A DNA stretch of 64,000 nt, from the NCBI RefSeq assembly GCF_006345805.1, contig NC_043002.1, positions 7,502,001-7,566,000 on the forward strand, written 5' to 3'. Shown here one piece after another: positions 11,594 to 24,405 of this stretch. The translations under genes were made by a program, and so were the position numbers. The stretch comes from Octopus sinensis. Lineage: Eukaryota. The notes under the pieces were generated by a model. It searched no databases, had not been told where the DNA came from, and saw only the letters and a program-made list of their open reading frames with translations. Within the stretch, counting starts at the first letter, position 1. The number at the start of each line of letters is the position of its first letter.

Positions 11594-13319
11594 GTGTGTG
11601 TGTGTGTGTGTGTGTTGTGTGTGTGCGTGTGTGTGTGTATGCGTAAGCATAGCCACACACGCACAAACACAAGCACACTCATATGTTTGTGTTTCGTAGA
11701 TGTCTGTTTGCGTGGAGTTGGAGTTGGGAAACTGGTTTTTAGGGATTTGCGAAAGCTTTTTATCTTTTTTTTTTTTTTTTACACAGACGAATAAGAAAGA
11801 GAAGCAACCTCCATCACACTGAACACAGTCCATATCTTCTTTTCATATCATCCGGAATTGGGTCAGGAACAGCTGATTTAATTGCCAATATATTATTAAC
11901 AACAACGGAAAAACAACAACAAAAGTATTCGCTATATACATAGGTACGTACACACTATTGTACATAGATAATTACATAGTCACACAAGCATAGATATCTA
12001 TCTATCTACCTTCGTACATACACGCACATTTAAACGCATATACCTAAAGACACACACACACACACAAACATATTTATATATATATACATATATACACGCA
12101 TGGAAAATACCATAATATAACAAGACTGTGTATATGAACACGAGAAATCGTCCTTGAAGGTGCCAAATGATTCGCTCTACTAAATACCAATATTGGCGAT
12201 GGAAGGATGTGTACATGAATGCGTGTCTCTGTGTGTGTATATATATATATATATATATGTATGCACGTGAACGCGTGCGTGTGCATGATCGTGTGTGTGA
12301 GTGTAAACTGTGGAAATTGGATTAAGAGCTAAAATCTTTTATTAATTTTTTTTTTGTTATAAGTTGGACAGAGAGTCTTGCAAGTCTAATGAGAGAAGAG
12401 GAAATTGTTCATTTCTTTTATTTCATTTTTCTTTATTCTTAGATATTATTATTATTATTATTGTGGAAATGTTGTTGGTAGCCTTGACAGTTGTGTTTAC
12501 GTTTTTTTAAAAAATTAGTTTATAGAATATATATGTGCATGTGTGTATGTGTTTGTGAATTAATACGTGCACACGTATATGTGTACACCGAAACGAATAT
12601 ATATATATATATATGTAACTATGTATGCATATATTTACACACACACATATATACGTATACATATATATACATACATACATACATATATATATATATGTAT
12701 GTATGTATAAGAGAGAGAGAGAGAGACATACATAAATACAAACATACATACATGTATGTGTGTGTCTGTGTTTGAATGTATGTGTGTGTTTGCATGCAGA
12801 TATAGATATGTATATGCATATTTCTTTCTACGTATGCTTATATATATATAGATGTATATATATATATATATATATATGGAAATCCGGTGAATGTAGCAAG
12901 TTACCTGTTTGGTTTGTAGAAGTATGATTAGATTTTGGGGCATAATTATGAAACATATTTCAAGTGACTCTTCCATATTTGATCCTGTCGACTAATATCA
13001 CAACGTTGTATTTTCTCTTAATTGAGCACCTTCGTAAATGTTTGCATCAGACGAGACTAATGAAAGTGTATCATGCGAGACACATCTATGTCTAAGCACT
13101 ACATGGAATGTTCCGGTGTTGCGTTTGCTCTATGACCACATATTGTAATCGAACGTCTCACGTGAGTTGTATCAGTTACGTCCGACACATATAGCATATA
13201 CACACATGCATACATGTGTGTGTGTGTGTGTGTGTATGTGACAGAGAGAGAAAGAGAAAGTTCGTTTGTGTCCCTTTCTCCTACATGTAATAGGAAAAAG
13301 GGGTGCATGTTCTCCTTAA

Positions 13320-14420
13320 TCAAGTATTTGGGTCTTCATCATCTTCTGCAGTCCCTTTGCAACCAAAAATTGGTGAAATATTCTTGAAAGACCTAGCAAT
13401 TGTAATAAAACACTGGAAAGAACTCTTTATGGATCTGTTCTTAAACCCTTTCTGTATTAAGTAATGGAAACAATTAATGCATTCTGGTACTTGGATATGG
13501 AAACATTCTGCTAGCACTAAGTCAGTTAAAACTTCTGAATCCCTAGACCTAAATGGAATATCTATAGAACTCTTGAAAATAGAAGACGCTGTGACTTCTG
13601 CAACACATAGAATGATAGTTACTTGTCGGGAAGGAATTCCGGTTCCACTAGATTAATGCTGTACTGGAAGTAAAGGAACTAAGTGTCTATTTGACAATTT
13701 CTATGGTTTCACTCTGTTAGAATCGGTGGGTAGAACTCTCTCAAGAGGGATGCCGAACCGTCTCATGCGTGATATCTATCTGCCTTATACTTTTAACAGA
13801 AACTCAGTCTGCCTTCCAAGTGGGGAGAGGGAAAATGGACGTAGTTTCAGGAGAAGTGTGTTGAACATAAAATTCCACTCTACCATGTACGTTACCTTTA
13901 AAACAGCCAATAGCGAGGTTTTTCAGACGATTCTTCTTGAATTTGGCTGTCCGTCAAAACGTGTGCACATGTTTAAGGAACATGAAAGTAAACGCTGTAC
14001 TTAATAGAGAGCTTTTTGAAGAGATTGCCATAAATAATGGAGTAAAACAAGGTAACATTCTAATACCAACATTGTTTTGGATAAAGGTGTTAAGATAAGA
14101 TTTGGGATTTTAGGAAAGATTTTCAGTTTACGACGTTTTCGTATTAAATCAGAGATTTCTCAGGCGCTATTAGAACCTTTTTTTTTATGCAGACTGTGCA
14201 GTACTTATAAAAGATCTGCAGATCATAATGTAAAGACTTTCAGCTGCATGCAATGTCTTTGGTGGAACTACAACTTTAAAAAAGACCGAGGTGGTTTTTA
14301 TGCCGGCACCTGGTGAATCCTATGTGGAGCCTAATATCAATGTGAAAAATACAAGATTAGGAGTAGTAGATGCATTTCCATACTTGTGAATTGTCCTATC
14401 AAGAAATTCAGTTGACCAGT
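13320..14420 (+). mobile_element. Decayed RTE-clade (BovB-like) LINE reverse transcriptase region
   Basis: Broken frames give FYGFTLLESVGRTLSRGMPNRL, ETQSAFQVGRG, ILLEFGCP, INNGVKQGNILIPTLF, GKIFSLRR and KKTEVV.MPAPGESYVEPNI, collinear with RTE RT motifs. Many stops and frameshifts. Confidence 0.88.
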
Positions 14421-14484
14421 AATTGACTTCTTGGAATACTAAAACCAACGATACTATTGTTTATAAGAGGCATGATACAAAATG

Positions 14485-14813
14485 AGGCGCAGGAATGGCT
14501 GTGTGGTAAGTAGCTTGCTTACTAATCACATGGTTCCGGGTTCATTCCCACTGCGTGGCACCTTGGACAAATGTCTTCTACTATAGCCTCGGGCCGACCA
14601 AAGCCTTGTGAGTGGATTTGGTAGACGGAACCTGAAAAAAGCCCGTCGTATATATGTATATATATATATATATATGCATGTGTGTGTATGTTTGTGTGTC
14701 TGTGTTTGTCCCCAACATCGCTTGAGAACCGATGGTGGTGTGTTTACGTCCCTGTAACTTAGCGGTTCGGCAAAAGAGACCGATAGAATAAGTACTAGGC
14801 TTTCAAAGAATAA
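14485..14813 (+). mobile_element. SINE family B inserted into the RTE remnant
   Basis: Head, CORE-like accttggacaaatgtctt, internal (TA)/(TG) tract, 3'-truncated. Confidence 0.9.
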
Positions 14814-15299
14814 GAAAATATATATATATGCGAGCGGTCGTGCATACACACGTATATCTATATGTATCTATCTATATATTTATATATATAAGTACATACA
14901 CACACGTATATATATGTATGTACAGGAATGTATTCATATGTATGAATACATATATTCATGCATACATACACACATACACACACACACACATGTATATATA
15001 TAGGAATGCATATATATACACATGCAAACACATATATATAAATACAAACATGTGTGTGTGCGGTGCGTCTTTGTGTGTCTGTGTTTGTGTGTGTGTGAGT
15101 GTGTGTGTGTGTGTGTGTGAGTGAGTGAATATGCATTTGAGATATCAAATACTTTGAATGCCCTCTAGGCTGAACTAACTTGTATAGCAGAAACCCAGAA
15201 GATAATTTGGAAAGATTTTGACGGTAAAATACGAAAATAGGAAACTTCGACATGCACCATGCAAATATCCACTGGAAAACAATGTCATTATTTGATAGC

Positions 15300-15700
15300 C
15301 GTGCCAAGTCGCTTTCTTACAATAGAGTTGTCTTGCAGTAGAGTAACTGTCGAACTATTTGTGTAAAAGAAAGATAGCTATATAGTATTTACAGAAATGT
15401 TTCAAACGTTCATCCTTAGGTTGCTACTGGCAAGAAAGAACAGCCTGTAGTGACCAGTTTCAAATAAATGGACACACAATCGTTGAATAAATAACCGGGG
15501 AAATAAATATCAACTCGAATCCAAGACGATAAAAGACAATGAATATGAGACGATAAGTCATCTCATGTAATATAACGATGAGCACCACAATGGCATCAAG
15601 AAGAAATGCAGTAAAACAATATGGCGATACTCCAGAAGAATGGAAGAATCAAAGCCTCAATGATCGAGCGAGCCGACGTGGGAAATCTTGAAGCAGTGAC
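15300..15700 (+). mobile_element. Decayed RTE LINE C-terminal region, probably continuing 13320-14420
   Basis: Fragments YNRVVL, YWQER and AVKQYGDTPEEWKNQSLNDRASRR match the order of RTE post-RT motifs. Confidence 0.5.
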
Positions 15701-16145
15701 GCGGTCAGCGAAAAATATCAGTCAAACTTTTACACACTGTTTTCATGGAAATGGAAAATAGTCCATTGGCTAATGTAATACGAGATAGCCCATGCCTGAA
15801 AGAAAGATAAATAAGAATATGTGTAAAATACTAAATCAACTTTTAATTGTTTTTGCTCGCGTGTTCGATCTACAGAATCACAATACAATCAACCATAATC
15901 TGTGAGTGAGTATGACCCATTACTTGTCTTCGTAAATTCCTAGCTCGGGACTTGAGTGGGAGGATGTCCTTTCAACCAATACGATACAGTGGATGCTGCT
16001 GGATGACGGACTCTGGTGATGATATTATTCCACCTTTCTGATCCATGGCACCGGCCTAAGTATGCTTGATGTGGAAACGCTGCCACTTCAAGTCTTCCTC
16101 AGTTTGTTTCGCCTATGTCTTCTCTGGTGCTCTGCATAGGTCGTG

Positions 16146-16537
16146 TACTCTCTTTTTACTCTTTTTTACCCTTTTTACTTGTTTCAGTCAGTTGACTGCG
16201 GTCATGCTGGAGCACCGCCTTTAGCCGAGCAAATCGACCCCGGGAATTATTCTTTGTAAGCCCAGTACTTATTCTATCGACGACGTAAACACACCAGCAT
16301 CGGTTGTCAAGCGATGTTGGGGGGACAAACACAGACACAGAAATATGCACACACATATATATATACATATATACAACGGGCTTCTTTCAGTTTCCGTCTA
16401 CCAAATCCACTCACAAGGCTTTGGTCGGCCCGAGGCTATAGTAGAAGACACTTGTCCAAGATGCCACGCCGTGGGACTGAACCCGGAAACATGTGGTTGG
16501 TAAGCAAGCTACTTACCCCACAGCCACTCCTGCGCCT
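16146..16537 (-). mobile_element. SINE family B with internal deletion
   Basis: Near-identical to 24003-24405 apart from a deletion after ttattctatcg. Confidence 0.92.
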
Positions 16538-16599
16538 GTACGTGTACAATGCTTTCACTAATTGTTTTAGATACTTATATAGTTGCGAACTGATATAGA

Positions 16600-16902
16600 C
16601 TCTTGTCGCAAAGTTTCGTAAAAGATGGAAGTATATAGCAAGTATTCTGCGAGTGAAAGAACCTCTTAAAACGAGAATGTAAAAAAGGAGAAAGCAAAGT
16701 CTTCAGTGTGAGTATGTGGTTTGTGGGGTCAACCGCGTCCTCCGCTTCATTTTTTGTTAATCACTAATTCTCATTTAATTGTATATATTTTAATTGTTTG
16801 TTTATTCATATGTTTTGTCTCATTCGATACCCTGAACCCCAATGTTTGTTTTGTCTGTCCTCGTATCGTCCCCTCTTTTTCTCAACCTTATGGTGAATAA
16901 AG

Positions 16903-16906
<4 letters not shown>
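16600..16906 (+). mobile_element. 5'-truncated L1/Tx1-type LINE, ORF2 end plus 3' UTR
   Basis: AKFRKRWKYIASILRVKEPLKTRM* aligns with SRFGKRWMEVTRMVRLNGPALRIRQ* of ORF 18009-18326. The UTR ends aataaagaaat before (CT)n. Confidence 0.6.
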
Positions 16907-16951
<45 letters not shown>

Positions 16952-17279
16952 CGCTCGCTCTCTCGACCCTCATCTCCCTTGATCCACCTAGACATCAATC
17001 ATGTGACAGCCTTTGGAAGAAAGAAACAGAGAAAGAGAGAGAGAGAGAAAGAGCCATACTGCCCACCGGTAGGTACTAAATTTCAGGTAAGTAAACAACA
17101 GTAATGTAATATGAAATACCATGTTTACGAACACCAACGCACCGACCGGTCAAGTAAATGAATGAACAAACATTAGATCATGAGTCTAATACCCAAACAA
17201 CTAGTTTTATCAAAGTGGCAAGATACTGTATCAGAGACACTTGTACTTTCAACGTAATTCCGACTGTAATATCATCCAT

Positions 17280-17665
17280 GTGGAGGCGCAATGGCCCAGT
17301 GGTTAGGGCAGCGGACTCGCGGTCATAGGATCGCGGTTTCGATTCCCAGACAGGGCGTTGTGAGTGTTTATTGAGCGAAAACACCTAAAGCTCCACAAGG
17401 CTCCGGCAGGGGATGGTGGTGATCCCTGCTGTACTCTTTCACCACAACTTTCTCTCACTCTTACTTCCTGTTTCTGTTGTACCTGTATTTCAAAGGGCTG
17501 GCCTTGTCACTCTCTGTGTCACGCTGAATATCCCCGAGAACTACGTTAAGGGTACACGTGTCTGTGGAGTGCTCAGCCACTTACACGTTAATTTCACGAG
17601 CAGGCTGTTCCGTTGATTCGGATCAACCGGAACCTTCGTCGTCGTAACCGACGGAGTGTGCTTCC
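17280..17665 (+). mobile_element. SINE family C (tRNA-Arg-like head), full length
   Basis: Head ggaggcgcaatggcccagtggttagggcagcggactcgcggtc. 12-bp TSD aatatcatccat at 17268-17279 and 17666-17677. Confidence 0.93.
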
Positions 17666-17859
17666 AATATCATCCATAACAAGAATGACGCTTTGGATTA
17701 AGTACAACCGGATTCCTCGGAGTAGACGTGCAGTAAATTTCATTCACCAAGTTTGGTAGTGCTGAAGCTATGCTGAAAATGTTACGCATTGGAATTCAAA
17801 ACAAAGAATGTGTGTGTGTATGTGTGTGAGAGTGTGTGCTGTGATGGATTTGCATGTAA

Positions 17860-18400
17860 ACAAAGTAAGAAAAAACAAGTCCAACAATGAGTATTCCTCA
17901 ATAGGGATGAGACGTTCGAGGGCTGCTCATAGAAAAAAAAGCTCATATAGACCATGGGCACATTGACTTTTGAGGCAGGTACCTTCTTTTTTCTTTCCTT
18001 TTCTCCATCTACTGGCGTATGCGCAGGGCAGGTCCGTTCAGACGCACCATTCTCGTCACTTCCATCCACCTTTTACCAAACCGGCTAGAAGACAACACTT
18101 CTCTTTCTATCCCTATTTTTCTTTTCAAGTGAAACTTGAAGAAGTTGATTAGGGACCAGCTAAAAAGAAAAGTGTTTGTCTTCAACCCCTTAAGTCTCGT
18201 CCACCATACAATCCCTTTCGCCATGGCCACCACGCATATAAAAACAGCTTTCCCTTCTCGGTGAAAGGAAGAAGGCGGCGGGGCAATCTTCACGATGGAT
18301 TCAGTTGACAGCCGGATCCATCCCACAAGCGACAGCAGGTGTTCGACATAAACCTACAGGTCAGCAATGCTCCGGTCCTGGACGAGTGCATAAAATGACA
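17860..18400 (-). mobile_element. L1/Tx1-type LINE ORF2 C-terminus and partial 3' UTR
   Basis: HALVQ.RSIADL*VYVE (decayed Zn-knuckle context) followed by AKGIVWWTR...FFKFHLKRKI.IER...FGKRW, typical of L1/Tx1 ORF2 ends. Confidence 0.72.
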
Positions 18401-18486
18401 ATATACGTAACACTTAATAAATGTGTTAAGTGCCTCTTTCATTCGTTTGTCCAATATATATCCACATACATACATACATACATACA

Positions 18487-18518
<32 letters not shown>

Positions 18519-18876
18519 CGCACACATAGATCTAGAACAACTAAGACATTTAAATTAATATTTGAAGTATTATTAGAAATTAATAGACATTGTTTAGAAT
18601 TGTGTTTTTCTCTCACCACACATATTTATATTTTATTCTACTTTAGCTTGTAATGCTTCAACTATTAAATGTGACACCTACTTACCAATTGTCTTTATGG
18701 ATGTATATATATATATATATATATAATACGTACATACATATATACATACAAACATGACTACATACATAAATATGTTTATGGTGAAAAAAGCGGTAAACAT
18801 ACAAATAGACACACAAGTAGATCTATACAGATATGCAAAGGAAGACGTATGTGTGTGTGTGTGTGTGTGTGTGTGA

Positions 18877-19086
18877 AGGCTGCGAGCTGGCAGAAACGTT
18901 AGCACGCCGAGCGAAATGCGTAGCCGTTCTGATTTCAAATTCCGCCGAGGTCGACTTTGCCTTTCATCCTTTCGGGGTCGATAAATTAAGTACCAGTTAC
19001 GCACTGGGGTCGATGTAATCGACTTAATCCCTTTGTCTGTCCTTGTTTGTCTCCTCTGTGTTTAGCCCCTTGTGGGTAGTAAAGAA

Positions 19087-19088
<2 letters not shown>
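18877..19088 (+). mobile_element. SINE family A monomer
   Basis: Head, B box, central domain and tail are all present. Inserted in a (TG)n tract. Confidence 0.92.
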
Positions 19089-19129
<41 letters not shown>

Positions 19130-19880
19130 CGTGTGCGTGTATAAATAAATACTCACACACATGCGTAGTATATACACACATACATTAACATATATACATA
19201 TGACATAAATTAGGTGTTTTAAAAAAGTATACCTTGAGATCATGGGATCTCAGGTTCGATCTTATCGTTCGGCAACTTATACATTTGTCTTTTCCCTTGC
19301 TATACGTCGAACGTCGATCGCAGGCTTTGTCACATACTGTGAAGGAAGTTTCGTTGAGCTTGCAAATGTTTGTAAAATACTCATCCGTTTACCTGTTAAG
19401 TTGTTGGAACGCTCAGTTGGCTGGACAAGCTCATAAAGAATACAGACCCGATGGCCATAGAAAGAGAGACAGACAGACAAACAATTGATACTATAAGCAA
19501 TTATCGTTGATCTGAGAAATAATCATACACGCTCTCTCTCTCCCCCTCTCTCTCTCTCTCTTTCTCTCTCTGTCTCTCATATACACACACAAACACACAC
19601 CTACATAAACGCAAGCGTGACTGCGTGGTAAGACGTTTGCTTCCCGGCTACATATTTCTGTGTTCAGCCCCACTGCATCACATCATGAAAAAATGACTTC
19701 TACCCTAGCCGCGGGCCGACCAAAGCCTTGTGAGTGGAGTTGATAGGCGGAAATTGAAAGAAACCCTATATTGATGCAAGCAGGAAAAATATGAGTATAT
19801 GTATTTTTTTTATTATTTAGCATAAGTAATAGTGACTCAAGGTCCGAGAGTTTCGATACGTTGGCACTTATAAAAACTAT

Positions 19881-19949
<69 letters not shown>

Positions 19950-20329
19950 GCGTGAAAAGTAGGTTGTTCAAAGAGATAAGGCGCTGTCAAATCAAAGAAT
20001 CGAACACAAGACCTTATGACCATCTAAGTCCAATACCCTAGCCGCTATGCCACATGCCTTCGTACACTCAGGCTGAGTGAGCGAGAGTTACAAACAGAGA
20101 AGCAAAGAAATGGAGTAATAGAAACAGAAGACAAAATGTGATGCAAATATCTGACTGCAAATCCACTTTTAATTTATACGGGTTATACGATGCTTTGTCC
20201 GCTGGTGAAACGGATCGATGCTTGGCAGGTCACTCTCTGAAGTGACCTGCCACAAATCATACGTAGTAACTTTCTGAGTAAACATTTCAAATCCACAGAC
20301 CATTCTCAACGCAATATTTCTGTATTTCT

Positions 20330-20520
20330 GTTTCTATTTAACTCCAGCATCATGGCCTCTTTTCCCTAGGCTTGTCTTCACGAACAACGACTCAGTTTTC
20401 GACACAGAATATCCTTTCTCTTTGATATCAACAACCATTGGTATTTCCTGCAATTCTTGTTCATCATCTTCCACACCTCTAATACAAACAGACGCACGAA
20501 CATTCACACCAATCGTCTCT
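20330..20520 (-). mobile_element. Possible very old LINE RT fragment
   Basis: EDDEQELQE...EKGYSVSKTE loosely resembles the RT segment after YADD (EEELQ...GLKVN..KTE). Weak match. Confidence 0.3.
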
Positions 20521-20830
20521 CTATTCGCACATACAGCTCTGTCCACGCACAAGCACACTCGTACTTATTAACACAATAACTTTGTTGTTGCTTACTAATC
20601 TACTTGTGCATACCCTACGTTTATGGCCACCATCCATTCCCACTTTTCTCTTCTCAGAAACAGCTTACCTCTCTACTTACTTCCTTCGTCCTTTGTAACC
20701 ATGAGTTATAAAAATTTTCTTGCTTTTTCCTTCCCCTGTCTCTCTGTTCTGTATCTTGTAAAATGGTTTATGTTCGAAACGTTGATAATATTAATTTTTC
20801 TCCACAATTTACATTACGTTCAGTTTTTAT

Positions 20831-21066
20831 TTTGCAGTGTGGAAGGTGTTTATAAGCCATTTAAGAAACGCACAAAACCGTTATATTCCCTTCAACATTT
20901 AAATTTAATTTGTCAAAATATTTTCGTCGCTTTGAGACCGCGAAGTGAATCTAACGGTTTTGTGTGTTTCTTAAATGGCTTATAAACACCTTCTACGCTG
21001 CAATTGTTTTCGTTCCAGCACACGATCTCAGATCAAGTCTCTCGCTATGCAAGTACACCTCCGTAA
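20831..21066. mobile_element. Penelope-like insertion (family P1), inverted arrangement
   Basis: Arms 20831-20902 and 20943-21003 are reverse complements. The spacer holds the 3' half of the P1 hammerhead on the minus strand (GCGAC-GAA-AAUAUU-U-UGACAAA). Confidence 0.75.
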
Positions 21067-21295
21067 CTTTTTATTTTATTCCTCTGAAATAAATAGCCGA
21101 GTCAATAAGAAAGTTCTTCTGCTATCGCTCTGTCTGCTAGAATCAACAGCTATCTTATATTCTGTACAACATATTGCTCTGTCCTTGCTTACGATTTTCG
21201 GTGGCTTCTCTGATGTTTTTCTTTCTAGTATCCTAGATTAAACTGCTAACCCTATACTCAAATTTCTTCCATTTACTGTAGGCGAGAGTTAATAA

Positions 21296-21343
<48 letters not shown>

Positions 21344-21459
21344 AATTTTTACATGCATACATATAAATGCACACACTTATTAACAATGGCCCATATCTTC
21401 ACAAAAACATACACACAGAGACTCAGATGCATAAACATACACGTGTGTGTGTGTGTGTG

Positions 21460-21501
<42 letters not shown>

Positions 21502-21789
21502 TATGCCACAGGACGTATTATTCCCAGTCTCCATATCAGATATCAACGAAGGATTCACGCACATGTAAGCATGCATATGCACACATGCGCTTAATATATA
21601 TTAGTGATATAATCATTAAGGCTAACACCACTACAACATCCATCTACTTCATCATACACCCTATCACCATCGACTTCACCACCACAACCACCACCACAAT
21701 CACTATCATCATCATCATCATTGCCACCGCTGTCGTCATCGTCGTCGTCATGCGTTACGATAAAATTGAAAGAACTCATTGACCTTCTT

Positions 21790-22570
21790 GGTTCAAAACT
21801 CACTAGAGTATCGGTCGATAAAATATGCAGTCTTTAGGTTTAGTAATGTATTAGCGATAGGAACAACTAGAACAGAGGAAAACTTAGAAATATAGAAGAG
21901 GTTCTTAGGAAAGGCAGTGCAACAGTCGTGCTTGTGGTGAGATTGGCCCGGGACAAATTCTTCAACGCAAAACACGAAGGATGTATTGTCAGAGCTAAGG
22001 TGCGTACTCTAAGAAACGAGTGACCAAAAACCGCTTGATGCGCCCGAGTAGCAGAGGCGCAACGTGGAAACAAAGCTACAATTCGGTCTTTGGTGGATGA
22101 AAATGGGCGCTTGGTACTCGAGCCCGAACAGATGTTTGCAGCATTTCAGCAGTAATTCGCTTAAACCTTTGGGACGAATGGCAGTCTCGAATTCAGGATG
22201 GACTTCAATGCCTAACACGACTTTCGGCAAGGGAAGCAGAATGTTGCGCGAGGCCGATAACAGTCGTAGAAATGCAGGATGCGATGATGGGCTGCACGGA
22301 GGGCAAATCGCCTTGCTTGGATGCTCTGCCTTACGAGCTTTACTTTGATATGCCAGATGTTTAAGTGGCCTCTTAGCAGATATCTACTGCAACTGGCAGC
22401 AGAAAGGGAGAATTCCTAGTTCTGTGAGTTGAGGAGCGGTAGCACTACTAAGAAAACACCAAAACAAGGGGGATCAAATAGTATAATTTGAGCCCATATC
22501 ACTGCTGAACGTAGATTTTAAAATTCTGATCAACGTGTTAACGAAGGGGTTGGTGCTTGTTTTTGATTGG
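21790..22570 (+). mobile_element. Decayed L1/Tx1-clade LINE ORF2, N-terminal part of RT
   Basis: GCIVRAKVR, KSPCLDALPYELY, GRIPSSVS*GAVALLRK and PISLLNVDFKIL match L1/Tx1 motifs KSPG.DGLP.EFY and RPISLLN.D.KIL. Confidence 0.88.
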
Positions 22571-23076
22571 TGATATGCAAACATGCACAATCGCAATCAG
22601 ATCCATCCTTGTCCATCACATCCTATGACATTAAACCTATTTCTTGCGAAGTGAATTCCTTAAATTAAACATAAACTCCTACGACCTACTAAGTCATAAT
22701 AATCGATCCCGAATGAGTAGAAGGCCAGATTCCGTGACTAAACATTACTGTCAATCTCAAGACCAAAGTACATTATCAGTAGTTTATCGTTTCTTCATAT
22801 ATTACAGTTTATGTTAATTACAATGGAACTTGAAACCACAATATGGAGGTCTTTGCTGGTATATATTTTCTTCTAATGTACCCGGCTGTGTTTTAGCACA
22901 GTGGAGTAGGTCGGAAACGATTCCGCTAAAAGAAATGATTTTAATAAAAGGAATCACTAAATTTACGAGAAGCTGTATTTTATCAAACTTTGCAGAATCA
23001 GGGACTCATTAGAGCTTCGAACAACCGTATATGCATTATATATATTTTCGGCTGGGGATAATTTTTTTCTCATCTA

Positions 23077-23107
<31 letters not shown>

Positions 23108-23201
23108 GAACACACACACATTCAAACAAAGGTATTTGCGTACACATATAAATTTATGTATACATAACGTATCTATATAACTAGTATATATTTAAGTAGG
23201 C

Positions 23202-23234
<33 letters not shown>

Positions 23235-23241
23235 ATATATA

Positions 23242-23287
<46 letters not shown>

Positions 23288-23547
23288 CCATGTGTGCGTG
23301 TGTGTGTGTGTAAAACATTTTTTCGGCACAAACATCAAAATAAAAGAAAACAAATGTAAAATAAATAAATAAGGCAAGAAAAGTTCTCGCCACTTGATAC
23401 TGATCTGGGCTATCTTTATTTTAAATTTTATTTTTAAATAGGGATAACTTTTCCTTTGTTTTGTGTGTTGTTTTTTTACAAAAAAACCATTTAGATATTT
23501 TAAGGAAACTTATTACACTTCGACTCACCTCGACATCGCCGCTGTCG

Positions 23548-23589
<42 letters not shown>

Positions 23590-23606
23590 TACTACTACTA
23601 CTACTG

Positions 23607-23682
<76 letters not shown>

Positions 23683-24002
23683 TAATAATAATACTCCCGC
23701 TACCCCTCTCCCCCTCTCCTAAAAAAAGAAGGAAGACGAGGAGGTCAAACTCTTCTGTCGTCGCACACGAACTTTATGAAATCATAGACACACATGACCA
23801 GATCCTTAGTATCACGTGAAAAGAGTGACTAATTTGTGTAAAAGATAATAGAGAAATGACTCGTCTTTAGAAGTCCCCATTTGTAAGGGTCGTGATTTGA
23901 GAAGTGGAGCGACGTGGATGGCTAAATGTTGGATGACTCGAACTTCGGTGCAGCGCTGGTGTTTCGTTTATAGATCCCGTAAACGTATGATCCACTTCTG
24001 AA

Positions 24003-24405
24003 TACTCTTTTACTCCTTTACTTGTTTCAGTCATTTGACTGCGGCCATGCTGCAGCACCGCCTTTAATCGAGCAACTCGACCCCAGGACTTATTCTTTTG
24101 TAAGCCCAGTACTTATTCTATCGGTCTCTTTTGCCGAACCGCTAAGTTACGGGGACATAAACACACCAGCATCGGTTGTCAAGCAATGCTAGGGGGACAA
24201 ACACAGACACACAAACACAGACACGCATATATATATATATACGATGGGCTTCTTTCAGTTTCCGTCTACCAAATCCACTCACAAGGCTTTGGTCGGCCCG
24301 AGGCTATAATAGAAGACACTTGCCCAAGGTGCCACTCAGTGGGACTGAACTCGGAACCATGTGGTTGGTAAGCAAGCTACTTACCACACAGCCACTCCTG
24401 CGCCT
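24003..24405 (-). mobile_element. SINE family B, full length
   Basis: Reverse complement of 32949-33365 with CORE-like accttgggcaagtgtctt and a (gagtaaaa)n tail. Confidence 0.93.

Noticed and set aside
13044-13076. gcat-cagacga-gactaat-gaaagtgtatc-atgc as a hammerhead
   Set aside because: A 4-bp stem I is possible, but the core is altered and stems II and III do not pair. Probably chance.
17282-17355. tRNA-Arg(TCG)-like sequence, also at 4648, 57399 and 63376
   Set aside because: These are SINE heads continuing into a shared body within TSDs, and the cloverleaf is imperfect. They are not called tRNA genes.
23463-23819. Poly-T/L/I ORF resembling a membrane protein, also at 59996 and 61994
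   Set aside because: It is a product of (CTA)n/(TAA)n/(TTG)n trinucleotide repeats.
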